Positions 16,135 through 16,269 of a DNA stretch of 16,269 nucleotides are shown here, piece by piece (the first letter of the stretch is position 1; every line of letters starts with the position of its first letter). Location of the stretch: assembly GCA_049314435.1 (NCBI GenBank), contig JBMOFD010000040.1, positions 1 to 16,269 on the forward strand, read 5' to 3'. This DNA comes from Chlamydiia bacterium (GTDB lineage Bacteria > Chlamydiota > Chlamydiia > Chlamydiales > JBMOFD01). The notes below the pieces were generated by a model. The model searched no databases. It was given only the letters and a program-made list of their open reading frames with translations, and was not told the DNA's origin. Position numbers and translations under genes: made by a program.

Positions 16135-16269
16135 GTGGGACAATCGGTAAGTAGGGGCGCGCCTGTGGCGTTCACCGGTGACAGGACCTATGTCCCTCCT
16201 GGGAGGCCCAGCGATATCTCCCCTCTGCGCAACCCCAATGACGACAAGATACAGGAGATCCTGATCAAG
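16135..16269 (+). CDS. Hypothetical protein, 5' fragment (45 codons, runs off the window)
   Basis: AAGGAG (16124-16129), 5-nt spacer, GTG start, open to the window end: MGQSVSRGAPVAFTGDRTYVPPGRPSDISPLRNPNDDKIQEILIK. Preceded by a promoter-like sequence. Not in the ORF track. Confidence 0.65.
   Translation, partial: MGQSVSRGAPVAFTGDRTYVPPGRPSDISPLRNPNDDKIQEILIK

Noticed and set aside
16151..16176. GTAGGGGCGCGCCTGTGGCG resembling a GTAG-family REP
   Set aside because: The stem is only 4-5 bp and lies inside the probable ORF starting at 16135.
1..16269. CRISPR arrays, tRNA/rRNA genes, transposases, integrases
   Set aside because: No regularly spaced direct repeats, cloverleaf or rRNA-like segments, or recombinase/transposase motifs were seen. 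Nearly all sequence is accounted for by CDSs.

Overview
Genomic window from a bacterium that looks like a member of the Chlamydiota, with unusually high GC (spot counts of 63-70% in an oppA-like gene). The left half carries a gene block I recall as conserved in chlamydiae: recA (minus strand, 3' end truncated, missing from the ORF track), 5-formyl-THF cyclo-ligase, a MORN-repeat lipoprotein, two membrane-anchored hypotheticals, yggT and a divergent tRNA-dihydrouridine synthase. An orphan OppA-type lipoprotein sits between recA and the cyclo-ligase in the opposite orientation. The two hypotheticals have GspL/PilM-PilN-like and GspM/PilO-like architectures. The right half holds a ~1844-aa protein with a PEP-synthase/PPDK-type ATP-grasp domain and phospho-His domain, followed by ~800 aa of unassigned sequence and DUF4116-like helical repeats. 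This is a candidate novel dikinase, possibly a secreted effector. It is followed by a DUF47 + PiT phosphate transporter operon and the 5' end of an uncalled ORF starting MGQSVSR, which matches the eukaryotic N-myristoylation consensus. GTRG-headed hairpins lie at both convergent gene junctions. No database searches were run; all family assignments come from motif recognition.
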